Source of the DNA: Advenella kashmirensis
GTDB lineage: Bacteria; Pseudomonadota; Gammaproteobacteria; Burkholderiales; Burkholderiaceae_B
Length of the DNA: 32,000 nt
Reading direction: 5' to 3'
NCBI GenBank assembly: GCA_040395835.1
Contig: JBEBPQ010000025.1
Coordinates: 13,174-45,173, forward strand
In this document: positions 7,833-16,109 of the stretch, piece by piece
Position numbering within the stretch: position 1 is the stretch's first letter
Layout: every line of letters starts with the position of its first letter
Made by a program: the position numbers and the translations under genes
Notes under the pieces: model-generated
What the model saw: only the letters and a program-made list of their open reading frames with translations
Databases searched by the model: none
Told to the model about the DNA's origin: nothing

Positions 7833-9503
7833 TCAGGCACGTGCCACATGAAACCGGCTGGCCGCGCTCAATACCGCGAGTAAAGAAGCGGTAACGATAC
7901 TTGGGTGGCGGCCTGCGCCAAAGCGAGACCCGGGAATACCTGGCCACGCGGCTTCCACGACCGCCATCGCCCAGGCATTCGATCCATGTCCAAGGCTATG
8001 CTCCTCATAATCGTCGATCCGCAGCGGCAATCCCAGTGCGGCAACCGCCGCATCGATAGGGCCGTTGCCCACGCCCCGGCATCGCTGCCTGACGCCACCT
8101 GGTGCAACGAACGCCAGTTCTATGCCCTGGCGCTGGTCGGGCGAATCGAACAAGCGATGATCCAAGTATGTGTAGCCGTTGTCGTCGCCGGGCGCCAGGC
8201 GATAGGTATGGGAGAATATCTGCCAGATTTCCTCGCTGCCCAGTTCGGTTTCGCTGGCGTCGGCCAGGCGTTGTACGATTGCGCTGAACTCGATCTGCAT
8301 GCGACGCGGCATGGCAATGCCATGGTCGCGATGCAACAGGAACGCGATGCCGCCTTTGCCCGATTGGCTGTTGACGCGTACGATACTGTCATAGGTGCGT
8401 CCCAGGTCTCGCGGATCGATGGGCAGGTAGGGTACTTGCCAGAATCCCTCCGGATCCCTGGCGGCGAAACCCTTGGCGATCGCATCCTGGTGGGAACCGG
8501 AGAAGGCGGTAAAAACCAGATCGCCGACGTAAGGATGGCGCGGGTGAATCGGCAAGGCCGTGCATTCCTCGGCGATACGCGCGACCGCGGCGATATCCGA
8601 AAAATCCAGCCCTGGCGCAATACCTTGCGTGTAGAGATTGAGCGCCAGCGTGACGACATCCACATTGCCACTGCGTTCTCCATTGCCAAACAGGCAGCCT
8701 TCGACGCGTTCCGCGCCGGCCAGCAGGGCCTGTTCCGCGCAGGCGACGCCGGTTCCCCTGTCATTATGCGGATGCACCGATAATACAATGTGTTCGCGTC
8801 GCTCCAGCCTGCGATCCATCCATTCGATCTGATCGGCAAAGACGTTCGGGGTGGACACCTCTACCGTGGTGGGCAGATTAATGATCATGGGCCTGTCCGC
8901 GCCTGCATCCCAGGCGCGGATGGCGGCATTGCATACGGCAAGGGATACTTCCAGTTCGGCCATGCAGAAAGTTTCTGGCGAGTACTGCAGAATCCACTCG
9001 GTTTCAGGATGCTTTTCAACCAGTTGCTTGAGCAGATGAATATGTTGCTCGACCATGGCGATGATCTGCGGCACGCTCATATTGAAGACAATTTGCCGCC
9101 ATACCGGAGCGACCGCATTGTAGAAATGGATGATCACGCGCTTGGCGCCCGCGACGCTGCGGACCGTGTCGATGATCAGGTCTTCTCGAAGCTGGGTCAT
9201 GACCATGGGGGTGACATCATCGGGGATCAAGTTTTCGTCGATCAATTGCCGCACAATATCGAAGTCGGTTTTCGAGGCGGCGGGAAAACCGACTTCGATT
9301 TGCTTGAAGCCTACGCGGACCAGTTCGTGGAACAGGCGCAGTTTCCTGTCGTGATTCATCGGCTCAAACAGCGCCTGGTTGCCATCGCGCAAATCGGTTG
9401 ATAGCCAGCAAGGCGCCTGCAAGATGCGGCGGGCGGGCCATTGACGGTCCGGCAGCGCGATAACAGGGGCGGGGCGATATTTGGTTTGCGGTTGCGTAAT
9501 CAT
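7833..9503 (-). CDS. leuA: 2-isopropylmalate synthase (long, LeuA type 2 form)
   Basis: MITQPQTKYRPAPVIALPDRQWP...WLSTDLRDGNQALFEPMNHDRKLRLFHELVRVGFKQIEVGFPAASKTDFD, HPHNDRGTG, and a C-terminal LeuA dimerisation/regulatory domain. ATG at 9503 has SD GAGG 5 nt upstream and matches the N-termini of beta-proteobacterial LeuA. The track start at 9554 lies inside the leader hairpin. Confidence 0.95.
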   Translation of the reverse strand: MITQPQTKYRPAPVIALPDRQWPARRILQAPCWLSTDLRDGNQALFEPMNHDRKLRLFHELVRVGFKQIEVGFPAASKTDFDIVRQLIDENLIPDDVTPMVMTQLREDLIIDTVRSVAGAKRVIIHFYNAVAPVWRQIVFNMSVPQIIAMVEQHIHLLKQLVEKHPETEWILQYSPETFCMAELEVSLAVCNAAIRAWDAGADRPMIINLPTTVEVSTPNVFADQIEWMDRRLERREHIVLSVHPHNDRGTGVACAEQALLAGAERVEGCLFGNGERSGNVDVVTLALNLYTQGIAPGLDFSDIAAVARIAEECTALPIHPRHPYVGDLVFTAFSGSHQDAIAKGFAARDPEGFWQVPYLPIDPRDLGRTYDSIVRVNSQSGKGGIAFLLHRDHGIAMPRRMQIEFSAIVQRLADASETELGSEEIWQIFSHTYRLAPGDDNGYTYLDHRLFDSPDQRQGIELAFVAPGGVRQRCRGVGNGPIDAAVAALGLPLRIDDYEEHSLGHGSNAWAMAVVEAAWPGIPGSRFGAGRHPSIVTASLLAVLSAASRFHVARA

Positions 9504-9531
9504 GAGTACCTCGAATAGGGGAATGGAACGG

Positions 9532-9674
9532 AAAACCTGATTCCCCTGCTTCATGGAAGCGGTTCGAGGTCGGGGTCAGGGGGAATCAGGATGGGTCGCG
9601 GCGCGCCAGGCGCCCGGACCCCGACCAGCAGCCAGGGTGGATAGCGATAGCGAAAGTGGATGTGGAGCGTGCAT
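9532..9674 (-). promoter_or_regulatory. Candidate leuA leader: two interleaved, mutually exclusive inverted repeats, a T-run, and a 32-codon upstream ORF
   Basis: On the minus-strand RNA: GGTCGGGGTC (9617-9626 rc) pairs with GACCCCGACC (9568-9577 rc). CCTGATTCCCC (9580-9590 rc) pairs with GGGGAATCAGG (9536-9546 rc), which is followed directly by TTTT (9532-9535 rc), 28 nt before the leuA ATG. The uORF 9674..9576 encodes MHAPHPLSLSLSTLAAGRGPGAWRAATHPDSP. Confidence 0.3.
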
Positions 9675-9789
9675 TTGCCGGATTTCTTTGCGATATTGAT
9701 GGGTACACGGCACTATAACGTGACAATGTGCTGTCCATCTATATAATAAAAGACAATAATTTTATCAAAATGGACATTCAGGAGTGAAG

Positions 9790-10593
9790 ATGCAAGACGC
9801 CCAGGCCTCCATGTGCGCCCTTCATGGCGAGTGGCCGTCCGAAGATGAGGGAGGGTGCGCGGTGACGGCGGTCGCCGCGGATTATCCGGCAGGCCATGTG
9901 GTGGATTTTCACCGCCATCGCCGGCATCAGTTGCTTTATACGGCCAGTGGCCTGATGGTGGTCGAGGCGAGCACGGGCCGGTGGGTGGTGCCGCCGGCCA
10001 CGGCGGTCTGGCTGCGGCCCGGTGTTGCGCACCGCCTGTTCATGCGTAGTCGGGTACAGGTTTATGGCGTGTTCGTCAGCGCGGCGTCGGCAGAACCCTT
10101 ATCCATGGTCGATAGCGTACTGCGCATTTCACCGCTGATGCGGGCATTGATCGGCGAACTGGCCGGCGCTGCCATGGACGAACAGGATTCCCGCCGCAGA
10201 ACGTTGCAAGCATCGCTATTGCTGGAGGAACTGGCTGTCCAGCGCGCTTTGCCATTTCATCTGCCTTGGCCGGACGATGCCAGAATATTGCGGGTGTGCA
10301 ATGCGCTGGCCGACGATCCGGCGCACTCGTTTTCGGCTGAGGACTGGGCGAAATTGCTCGCCATGAGTCCCAAAACGTTCTATCGGCGCTTCCAGAAAAC
10401 CAGCGGCATGGCGTTCGGGCGCTGGCGTCAGCAGTTGCGTCTCCTGTCGTCTCTGCCCATGCTGCTTGACGGGACGGGGATTCTTCAGGTCGCACTCGGT
10501 TGTGGCTATGCCAGCCATAGTGCCTATGCAGTGGCATTCAAAAAACACTTTGGTGTTTCGCCATCGGGGTTTCTTGCGGCATCGCGCGGTTAA
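9790..10593 (+). CDS. AraC-family transcriptional regulator with N-terminal cupin-type sensor domain
   Basis: SD AGGAG (9780-9784) 5 nt before the ATG at 9790 (the track uses a GTG at 9784). Cupin-like HVVDFHRHRRHQLLYTASGLMVVE...AVWLRPGVAH. C-terminal AraC HTH: SAEDWAKLLAMSPKTFYRRFQKTSGMAFGRWRQQLRL...GYASHSAYAVAFKKHFGVSPSGF. Confidence 0.9.
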   Translation: MQDAQASMCALHGEWPSEDEGGCAVTAVAADYPAGHVVDFHRHRRHQLLYTASGLMVVEASTGRWVVPPATAVWLRPGVAHRLFMRSRVQVYGVFVSAASAEPLSMVDSVLRISPLMRALIGELAGAAMDEQDSRRRTLQASLLLEELAVQRALPFHLPWPDDARILRVCNALADDPAHSFSAEDWAKLLAMSPKTFYRRFQKTSGMAFGRWRQQLRLLSSLPMLLDGTGILQVALGCGYASHSAYAVAFKKHFGVSPSGFLAASRG

Positions 10594-10611
10594 ACAAGGC
10601 GGGGCGCCGGC

Positions 10612-12231
10612 CTATGGCAGGGCGTAGGCCACGCCATCTCTGCCTGGATCGGCGGCGCCATCGAGATTGCCTGATTCATCAATGTGTATTGCGTGGACCC
10701 AGGCGATCGTATGCCCGAATGGATTCCTGGAGACTGTGTAGCCGAGGTCCTGCACCGCGCGACCGACCGAACGGGGGATACGATTGGAGATATCGACGAT
10801 ATTGCTGGTCGATGAGAAGCGAGGCGCTGCCACGGCCTGCTGAATCGGCATATCGAAATCCACGACATTCAGGATGGTTTGCAGTACGCCCATGGCGATT
10901 TGGGTGCCGCCCGGCGCACCCAGCACGATTTCCGGCCGATTGTTCTTGAAAACGATGCTTGGGCAGGACGAGGTGAAGCGCGATTTCCCGGGCGCGATGC
11001 TGCCTGCCCGGCCTGGTCGGGGATCGAAAACCCCCATGCAACCGTTATACATGAAGCCGAGTCCCGGCGTAATCACGCCCGATGGCATGCCCAGGGAGTG
11101 GGTGATCGCCACGCAATTGCCGTCGTTGTCGACCACGGACAGGTGGGTGGTGTCTCTGGGTACGGGAGGCGCTGCGTCGAACCTGGGGACATCGACCTTA
11201 TGTCCCTGGACAATCGCGTCGGCGCATGCCTTGGCGTACGGCTTTGATAGAATCCGGTCCAGTGGCACGTCAACGAAGGCCGGATCGCCGATATGCCGAT
11301 CCTTGTCCAGCGTTGCCTGTTTCATCGCTTCGCAAACCACTTGCATATATTCAGGCGTGTTATGCCGATACGCGCGCAGATCGAAATTTTCCAGGATGTT
11401 CATCATCTGGACCAGCATGGCGCCGCCGCCCGGCGGCTGGTTGGTGGTGATACGCCGATCGCGGTAGGTGCCGATCAGCGGCGCGTTCCGGGTTGTGTCA
11501 TAGGCGGCCAGGTCGTCCAGGCCAAGGATGCCGCCCTGGCTTTGCAAGTCGGCGATCATTTGCCGCGCGATGTCGCCGCGGTAGAAAATGTCGGTGCCAT
11601 CGCGCGCGATGGCCGCCAGCGTATCGGCGTAATCCCGATTGCAAAGGGGGGTGCCGATTGTCTTGGGCGAGCCGTCTTCCCGGCAGTAAAGCCGGCGACC
11701 ATCGTCGGTATAGGCCAGGCGCTCGCGATTGGCGACGCGCCCTGACAGCGGCTCGTCGATCCAGAACGCATACATGGCCGGACGCACGAAATATCCATCG
11801 CGAGCCCAGCCAATGGCCGGCGCCACCACTTCATGCCATGGCAGCCGCCCATGCCGCTCATGCATGTGCTTTAGCCCAAGCAGGGTTCCGGGTACGCCGA
11901 TGGATTGAGCGCCAATATCATTTAGCCGCCCCTTGATTGAAAAACCGAAGCCATCGCGGGACTCTCCCTCCAGCAGGTGTGCCCACATTTCGGGGCGCGC
12001 CTTGGATGGCGCGGGCGCATGGAAGTCGATATATTCGTGGACATTCTGGCCCGGCAGATAGAGGGCAGCGGTGCCAAAGCCGGCGATGCCGCACATGAGC
12101 GGGTCTACCACGGTTTGGGCCAAGGCGCAGGCGACCGCCGCGTCCACGGCGTTGCCGCCGGTCCGCAAAATATCAATGCCGGATTCTGCCGCTTCCGGCT
12201 GTGGACAAACGACCATTCCTTGTCGGGGCAT
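10612..12231 (-). CDS. ggt: Gamma-glutamyltransferase-family protein (539 aa), no signal peptide visible
   Basis: N-terminal GMVVCPQPEAAESGIDILRTGGNAVDAAVA. Autoprocessing/nucleophile region PRDTTHLSVVDNDGNCVAITHSLG (compare E. coli TTHYSVVDKDGNAV). C-terminal GAPGGTQI...GAADPGRDG. Confidence 0.9.
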   Translation of the reverse strand: MPRQGMVVCPQPEAAESGIDILRTGGNAVDAAVACALAQTVVDPLMCGIAGFGTAALYLPGQNVHEYIDFHAPAPSKARPEMWAHLLEGESRDGFGFSIKGRLNDIGAQSIGVPGTLLGLKHMHERHGRLPWHEVVAPAIGWARDGYFVRPAMYAFWIDEPLSGRVANRERLAYTDDGRRLYCREDGSPKTIGTPLCNRDYADTLAAIARDGTDIFYRGDIARQMIADLQSQGGILGLDDLAAYDTTRNAPLIGTYRDRRITTNQPPGGGAMLVQMMNILENFDLRAYRHNTPEYMQVVCEAMKQATLDKDRHIGDPAFVDVPLDRILSKPYAKACADAIVQGHKVDVPRFDAAPPVPRDTTHLSVVDNDGNCVAITHSLGMPSGVITPGLGFMYNGCMGVFDPRPGRAGSIAPGKSRFTSSCPSIVFKNNRPEIVLGAPGGTQIAMGVLQTILNVVDFDMPIQQAVAAPRFSSTSNIVDISNRIPRSVGRAVQDLGYTVSRNPFGHTIAWVHAIHIDESGNLDGAADPGRDGVAYALP

Positions 12232-12240
12232 ATCGGGTCC

Positions 12241-13224
12241 TTATTTTTTGACGTTGAGATCGAGATCGCCAATGGCGTCTTGCCACTTGGCGGTATCGCG
12301 AACGGTCTGCTCAATCAGTTCGGATGCCGGGCCCGGCATGGCGCGCACCTGCACGGCGCTGAATTTTTGCTGTGCCGCGGGGTCTTGCAGGAACGTTTGC
12401 GTGGCCGCATGCAGCTTGCCGATGATGGCTTCTGGCGTGCCTGCTTTTGCTGCGACGCCGCTCCAGCCTATGTTCTCGAAACCCTTCAGTCCCAATTCGG
12501 CCGCAGTCGGCACATTGGGCAACTCAGGAACGCGCTTGTCGTTGAACACCAGAAGGGGAACGAGTTTTCCTTCCTTGATCAGCGGTAAGGCGCTGCTCAG
12601 GACAGGCGCCACGATCTGGGTGTTGCCGCCGACCGTTGAGACGATGCTGTCGGGTTCGCCTCGATAAGGAATATGCAGCATGCTGAATCCGGCCTGCTTC
12701 ATCAGCATCTCGACGACCAGGTGAGTGGAATTACCGTTGCCGGACGAAGCAAAGGTGATTTTCTCGGGGTCGGCGGTGGCGGTTTTTTGCAAATCCGCGT
12801 AAGTCTTGATACCGGAACGCGGACTCGCCACAAGGACAAAGGGAACGGTCGTCAGCATGCCGACGCCCGCAAAGTCCTTTTCCGGCGAGTAGGACAGGGG
12901 CTTGTATACGAATTTGTTCAAGACCATTTGCGACACGCCGGCCAGAAACAGGGTATAGCCATCGGCGGGCTGCGACAACATCGCCTTGGCGGCGATGACA
13001 CCGCCGGCGCCGGGCCTGTTTTCCACCACGACGGGCACTTTGAGGGTTTTGCCCACGCTTTCCGCCCACATGCGCGCCAGATTGTCAGTGCCGCCACCGG
13101 CCTGCTGCGACACGATGATTTTGATCGGGCGCGCGGGAAAATCATCCGCGGCCAATGCCGGGTTGCCGCAGGCAGCGATAAGCAGCGCGGGCACCAGCGT
13201 GCGGAAACTAGAGTAAACTCTCAT
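12241..13224 (-). CDS. Bug-family (TctC-like) tripartite tricarboxylate transporter substrate-binding protein
   Basis: Signal peptide ...LIAACGNPALA|ADDFPARPIKIIVSQQAGGGTDNLAR, GAGGVIAA, ASSGNGNSTHL: hallmark Bug-family motifs. 9-nt gap to ggt downstream. Confidence 0.9.
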   Translation of the reverse strand: MRVYSSFRTLVPALLIAACGNPALAADDFPARPIKIIVSQQAGGGTDNLARMWAESVGKTLKVPVVVENRPGAGGVIAAKAMLSQPADGYTLFLAGVSQMVLNKFVYKPLSYSPEKDFAGVGMLTTVPFVLVASPRSGIKTYADLQKTATADPEKITFASSGNGNSTHLVVEMLMKQAGFSMLHIPYRGEPDSIVSTVGGNTQIVAPVLSSALPLIKEGKLVPLLVFNDKRVPELPNVPTAAELGLKGFENIGWSGVAAKAGTPEAIIGKLHAATQTFLQDPAAQQKFSAVQVRAMPGPASELIEQTVRDTAKWQDAIGDLDLNVKK

Positions 13225-13247
13225 GTTTTATCCTTGTTTGAATATTT

Positions 13248-13261
13248 ATAGATATATCTAT
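13248..13261. promoter_or_regulatory. Perfect 14-bp palindrome ATAGATATATCTAT in the bug / LysR divergent intergenic region (candidate LysR box)
   Basis: Read directly. It is flanked by a partial direct copy TTATAGATA (13263-13271) and sits between the Bug start (13224) and the LysR start (13325). LysR operators are typically AT-rich dyads of T-N11-A type. Confidence 0.35.
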
Positions 13262-13324
13262 TTTATAGATACGCAGGTATATAAATATGCATTTTCATTA
13301 TGAAATTTTGCCAATGAGGTATGA

Positions 13325-14290
13325 GTGAATACTCATGATATGCCTAGCAATAACGCTGCTTGGGCACGGCGCTTGAAAATACGTCACCTGGAGTATTTTC
13401 TGATTCTCAAACAGGCTGGCACGCTTTCGGAGGCGGCGCGAATGCTGCATATGACACAGTCAGCCATGTCGCATTGGCTCACGGAACTGGAAGCATTGCT
13501 GGGCGTGCGACTCGTCGAACGGGGCCGCAGGCTGCGTCTGACCCCGGAAGGCGAAGCCCTGTTGCGCCTGGCTACGCGCGTGCTGGGAGATATTGCAAGG
13601 ACGCAGGACGAACTCGATTTGCTGGCGCAGGGCGCGCCAGGCAGCTTCCATGTCGGTAGCGTCACCGCCGGGTTGGCCTATCTGATTCCCAATTCGATTT
13701 GCACCTTTCAGAAACAGGCGCCAGAGATTGCCATTCATATGACCGAGGGCGCTTTCTCATTGCTGCTGGAGCGACTGGAGGCCAGGGAGCTGGATGTGGT
13801 CGTTGGTTCCATTGATGCCAGAGCATACGCGCCCGGCCTCACGCACGAGGTGCTGTTCGAGGACCGCATTGTCGCCATCGTGGGACTGCATCATGTTTTG
13901 CGAGAGGAACCGCAGATATCCTGGGCGGATCTTGTCCGATACCCCTGGATCATGCCGGAAAAAACGACCTTGATGCGAAACCGCCTGGATACTGTCCTGC
14001 TGGAAAATGGTGGCGCTGGTGTCCGTCCCCGTATAGAAACCGCCTCCATCGTGACCATCGAAACCATTTTGAGACAGACCGATTATGTCGCGGTGTGTTC
14101 CGCGTCCCTTGGCGCGCATTTGCATGCGCTGGGCTTGGTGCACGCCTTGCCGCTGACTGCCGGTTTCGGTCCGGTAGGCGTGGTTTATCACGAGCGGGAT
14201 CCTCACCCTGTGATGGGGCGGTTCCTTGCGGAGCTGCGCTTGCAAGCCAATAGATTGCTTGAAAATACCGGTGCCGCTAGCCTTGGCTGA
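13325..14290 (+). CDS. LysR-family transcriptional regulator
   Basis: GTG at 13325 with GAGG 5 nt upstream (alternative ATG at 13340). wHTH LKIRHLEYFLILKQAGTLSEAARMLHMTQSAMSHWLTELEALLGVRLVER. Divergent from the bug-ggt operon. Confidence 0.9.
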   Translation: MNTHDMPSNNAAWARRLKIRHLEYFLILKQAGTLSEAARMLHMTQSAMSHWLTELEALLGVRLVERGRRLRLTPEGEALLRLATRVLGDIARTQDELDLLAQGAPGSFHVGSVTAGLAYLIPNSICTFQKQAPEIAIHMTEGAFSLLLERLEARELDVVVGSIDARAYAPGLTHEVLFEDRIVAIVGLHHVLREEPQISWADLVRYPWIMPEKTTLMRNRLDTVLLENGGAGVRPRIETASIVTIETILRQTDYVAVCSASLGAHLHALGLVHALPLTAGFGPVGVVYHERDPHPVMGRFLAELRLQANRLLENTGAASLG

Positions 14291-14372
14291 GGCGCGGAAC
14301 AGTCCGGCTGCGACCGCTATCGGCTGGCGGCAAGCGCGAGCATGGCGGCATCAACACTTTGCTCACAGGCGC

Positions 14373-16109
14373 TTACTGTTTGCCAGCGGCCGTCCGCATT
14401 TCCCTGGCGCGCATGAGAATGGCCGGGATTCTCAAGATGACGTCGCGATCTTTCTGTTTTTCCGGTTCGGGCAAATGCTCCCAGTCCACCAGCGAGGGAT
14501 GCTGGCGCCGCACATCGTCGCGTTGTTCCCCAAACCGCCAGCCATTGAGATATCTATTGGCGGACCAGCGTTCATGCTCGACTTTGGCCAGCAGTTCAAC
14601 TTGTTCCGGATTGAAGGCAACATGTTCTGACGCATCTTGTTGACTGCCCAATTGTCCTGTCATGGCCAGCTTATACGGGATGTGATCCGCCTGCATACGG
14701 CTGGCTTCCTTTGCCTCTTCCAGCAAGTCGTCCCAACCCGTCTTGAACGCGGCGCTTTCACTGGCGCTATGGCCGGTCAATTGTTGCAGGTAATCTTCAT
14801 GAATGGCCCGCGCTTGCGTATCCTGCAGTTGCCGGGTGATGAATTCTATCTGGCAAATGGATTCGATACTGCCAAAAAATGACAGGCGGGATAGCTGATT
14901 GTGTTTGGGTCTGAACAGCGCATTCAAGCCTTCATTGTGGTAATTGAGCGCAAATATCTTGAACTTGGACAATGAAGTCGCTCTCAAGATCTCAAGCGAC
15001 CATTTCAGGTTGACGCTATCTTCCTCGAAAGCGGTGATTAGCAATGGCACAATATCGGGCGTCAGGTCCTGCAGGTGGTCCTTCAGGATCGCTTCATAGG
15101 AACCGTCATATTCCTCGAAAGTGAGCTTGGCGACCTGTCTCGCGCCCGAGTACTCAGAATGGAAGGTCTTTTCCAGTTTGCTCGCGTCGGGGGCGCAGAT
15201 GACGATTTCCGGACTCGCGCTATTGAGAGTATGCAATACCTGTAGGGCATGTACGAGCAAGGCTTTCATTGTATCGCCCGCACCCAGGAAAACCAGTCGA
15301 AAGCGAGATGCCGGATCGGCCAGCTCCGCGGTATATTCGACCGGCAACTGGGCGAAGAAGTGGCGCGCGATCATTTGATGGTGGTTGAAAAAACGCAGAT
15401 CAAGGCCGCTTTCGCGCTCTTCCTGGAAATAATCCGATTGCTGCAGCATGGTCACGACTCTGGCGTTGTTGACATGCAAAAAACATTGCAGCCGGTAGCG
15501 ATCCGGTTTGGCCTGAACCAGATTGTGCAGGGCTCGCGTGACATTGATTGTTGCCTGTTCGTTATCCAGAAAGCAAATCACATACCTGGCCTTGGCGATG
15601 CCGGCTTCGATCAGGGCAGGGGGTTGGGTCGCATCTCCATTGAACAGCAGATGGCCCTGGCGCCTAACAGTGTTGGTGTTTCTGTGCGTATTACTGATTT
15701 CAAGCGCAACACCGGTCGTGTCATGATTTGTCTTCAGGTCATCGAGTAGCGCCAGCCCCTTGTTGCCGATACCGATAACCAATACCGGCTGTTTTTTAAA
15801 GAGCAGGCGCAATTGCGTGTAGTATTCGTAAAACAGCGCTTCGGCGATTTTGTACATGCCGGCCAGCAGGCCGACGGTCACGGCGATTTTCGCCAATGTC
15901 AGTTGCCAGGGCAGGGAGTCGTCTGCCAGCTTGCCGGAGACCGGATCCGCGCCCATCAGTGTCTTCAGTGTCCTGTAGATTTTGTCCGGCAGGTACATCC
16001 ATTCATTACTATCTGGATAGTAAACGCCCAATCCCACCCATGTCAGGACGATGATGGCAATCCCTGCCAGCAGAACGAGGATGCTTTTGAGACGGTGGGA
16101 CATTTTCAT
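14373..16109 (-). CDS. Membrane protein: 2 TM helices + two TrkA_N/RCK-like Rossmann modules + C-terminal RyR (ryanodine-receptor repeat) domain (578 aa)
   Basis: ATG at 16107-16109 overlaps the stop of the upstream TIR gene (ATGA). TM1 SILVLLAGIAIIVLTWVGLGVYY; TM2 WQLTLAKIAVTVGLLAGMYKIA. Rossmann 1: VLVIGIGNKGLALLDDL...GDATQPPALIEAGIAKARYVICFLDNEQATINV. Rossmann 2: LVFLGAGDTMKALL. RyR: LLAKVEHERWSANRYLNGWRFGEQRDDVRRQHPSLVDWEHLPEPEKQKDRDVILRIPAIL. Confidence 0.85.
   Translation of the reverse strand: MKMSHRLKSILVLLAGIAIIVLTWVGLGVYYPDSNEWMYLPDKIYRTLKTLMGADPVSGKLADDSLPWQLTLAKIAVTVGLLAGMYKIAEALFYEYYTQLRLLFKKQPVLVIGIGNKGLALLDDLKTNHDTTGVALEISNTHRNTNTVRRQGHLLFNGDATQPPALIEAGIAKARYVICFLDNEQATINVTRALHNLVQAKPDRYRLQCFLHVNNARVVTMLQQSDYFQEERESGLDLRFFNHHQMIARHFFAQLPVEYTAELADPASRFRLVFLGAGDTMKALLVHALQVLHTLNSASPEIVICAPDASKLEKTFHSEYSGARQVAKLTFEEYDGSYEAILKDHLQDLTPDIVPLLITAFEEDSVNLKWSLEILRATSLSKFKIFALNYHNEGLNALFRPKHNQLSRLSFFGSIESICQIEFITRQLQDTQARAIHEDYLQQLTGHSASESAAFKTGWDDLLEEAKEASRMQADHIPYKLAMTGQLGSQQDASEHVAFNPEQVELLAKVEHERWSANRYLNGWRFGEQRDDVRRQHPSLVDWEHLPEPEKQKDRDVILRIPAILMRAREMRTAAGKQ
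14400..14828 (-). other. RyR-domain region of CDS 14373..16109 (clear C-terminal copy, possibly a degenerate upstream copy)
   Basis: aa about 503-566 match the bacterial RyR consensus as I recall it (E-H-x-R-W...GW-x-[YF]G...HP-x-LV-x-[WY]-x-x-LP-x-x-EK-x-KDR). aa about 430-485 (ARAIHEDYLQQL...GWDDLLEEAKEASRMQADHI) look like a weaker related helical repeat. Confidence 0.6.
15435..15791 (-). other. First TrkA_N/RCK-type NAD-binding-fold module of CDS 14373..16109
   Basis: GxGxxG (GIGNKG), followed by an acidic residue at the end of beta-2 (ALE) and the GDAT...L..AGI..A..VI.....D..N motif characteristic of TrkA_N. Confidence 0.65.

Noticed and set aside
7905-9401. Several long ORFs inside or antisense to leuA (7905..8783 +, 8120..8839 -, 8790..9401 +)
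   Set aside because: The leuA frame is unambiguous along its whole length. The other frames give low-complexity Arg/Ala/Pro-rich products and have no start-site signals.
14373-16109. Reading the RyR domain as evidence for a cADPR receptor, by analogy with eukaryotic ryanodine receptors being modulated by cADPR
   Set aside because: The analogy is attractive because TIR enzymes make cADPR-like molecules. However, the RyR repeat is not an established cADPR-binding site in eukaryotes, and its bacterial function is unknown. I keep this only as a hypothesis to test, not as evidence.
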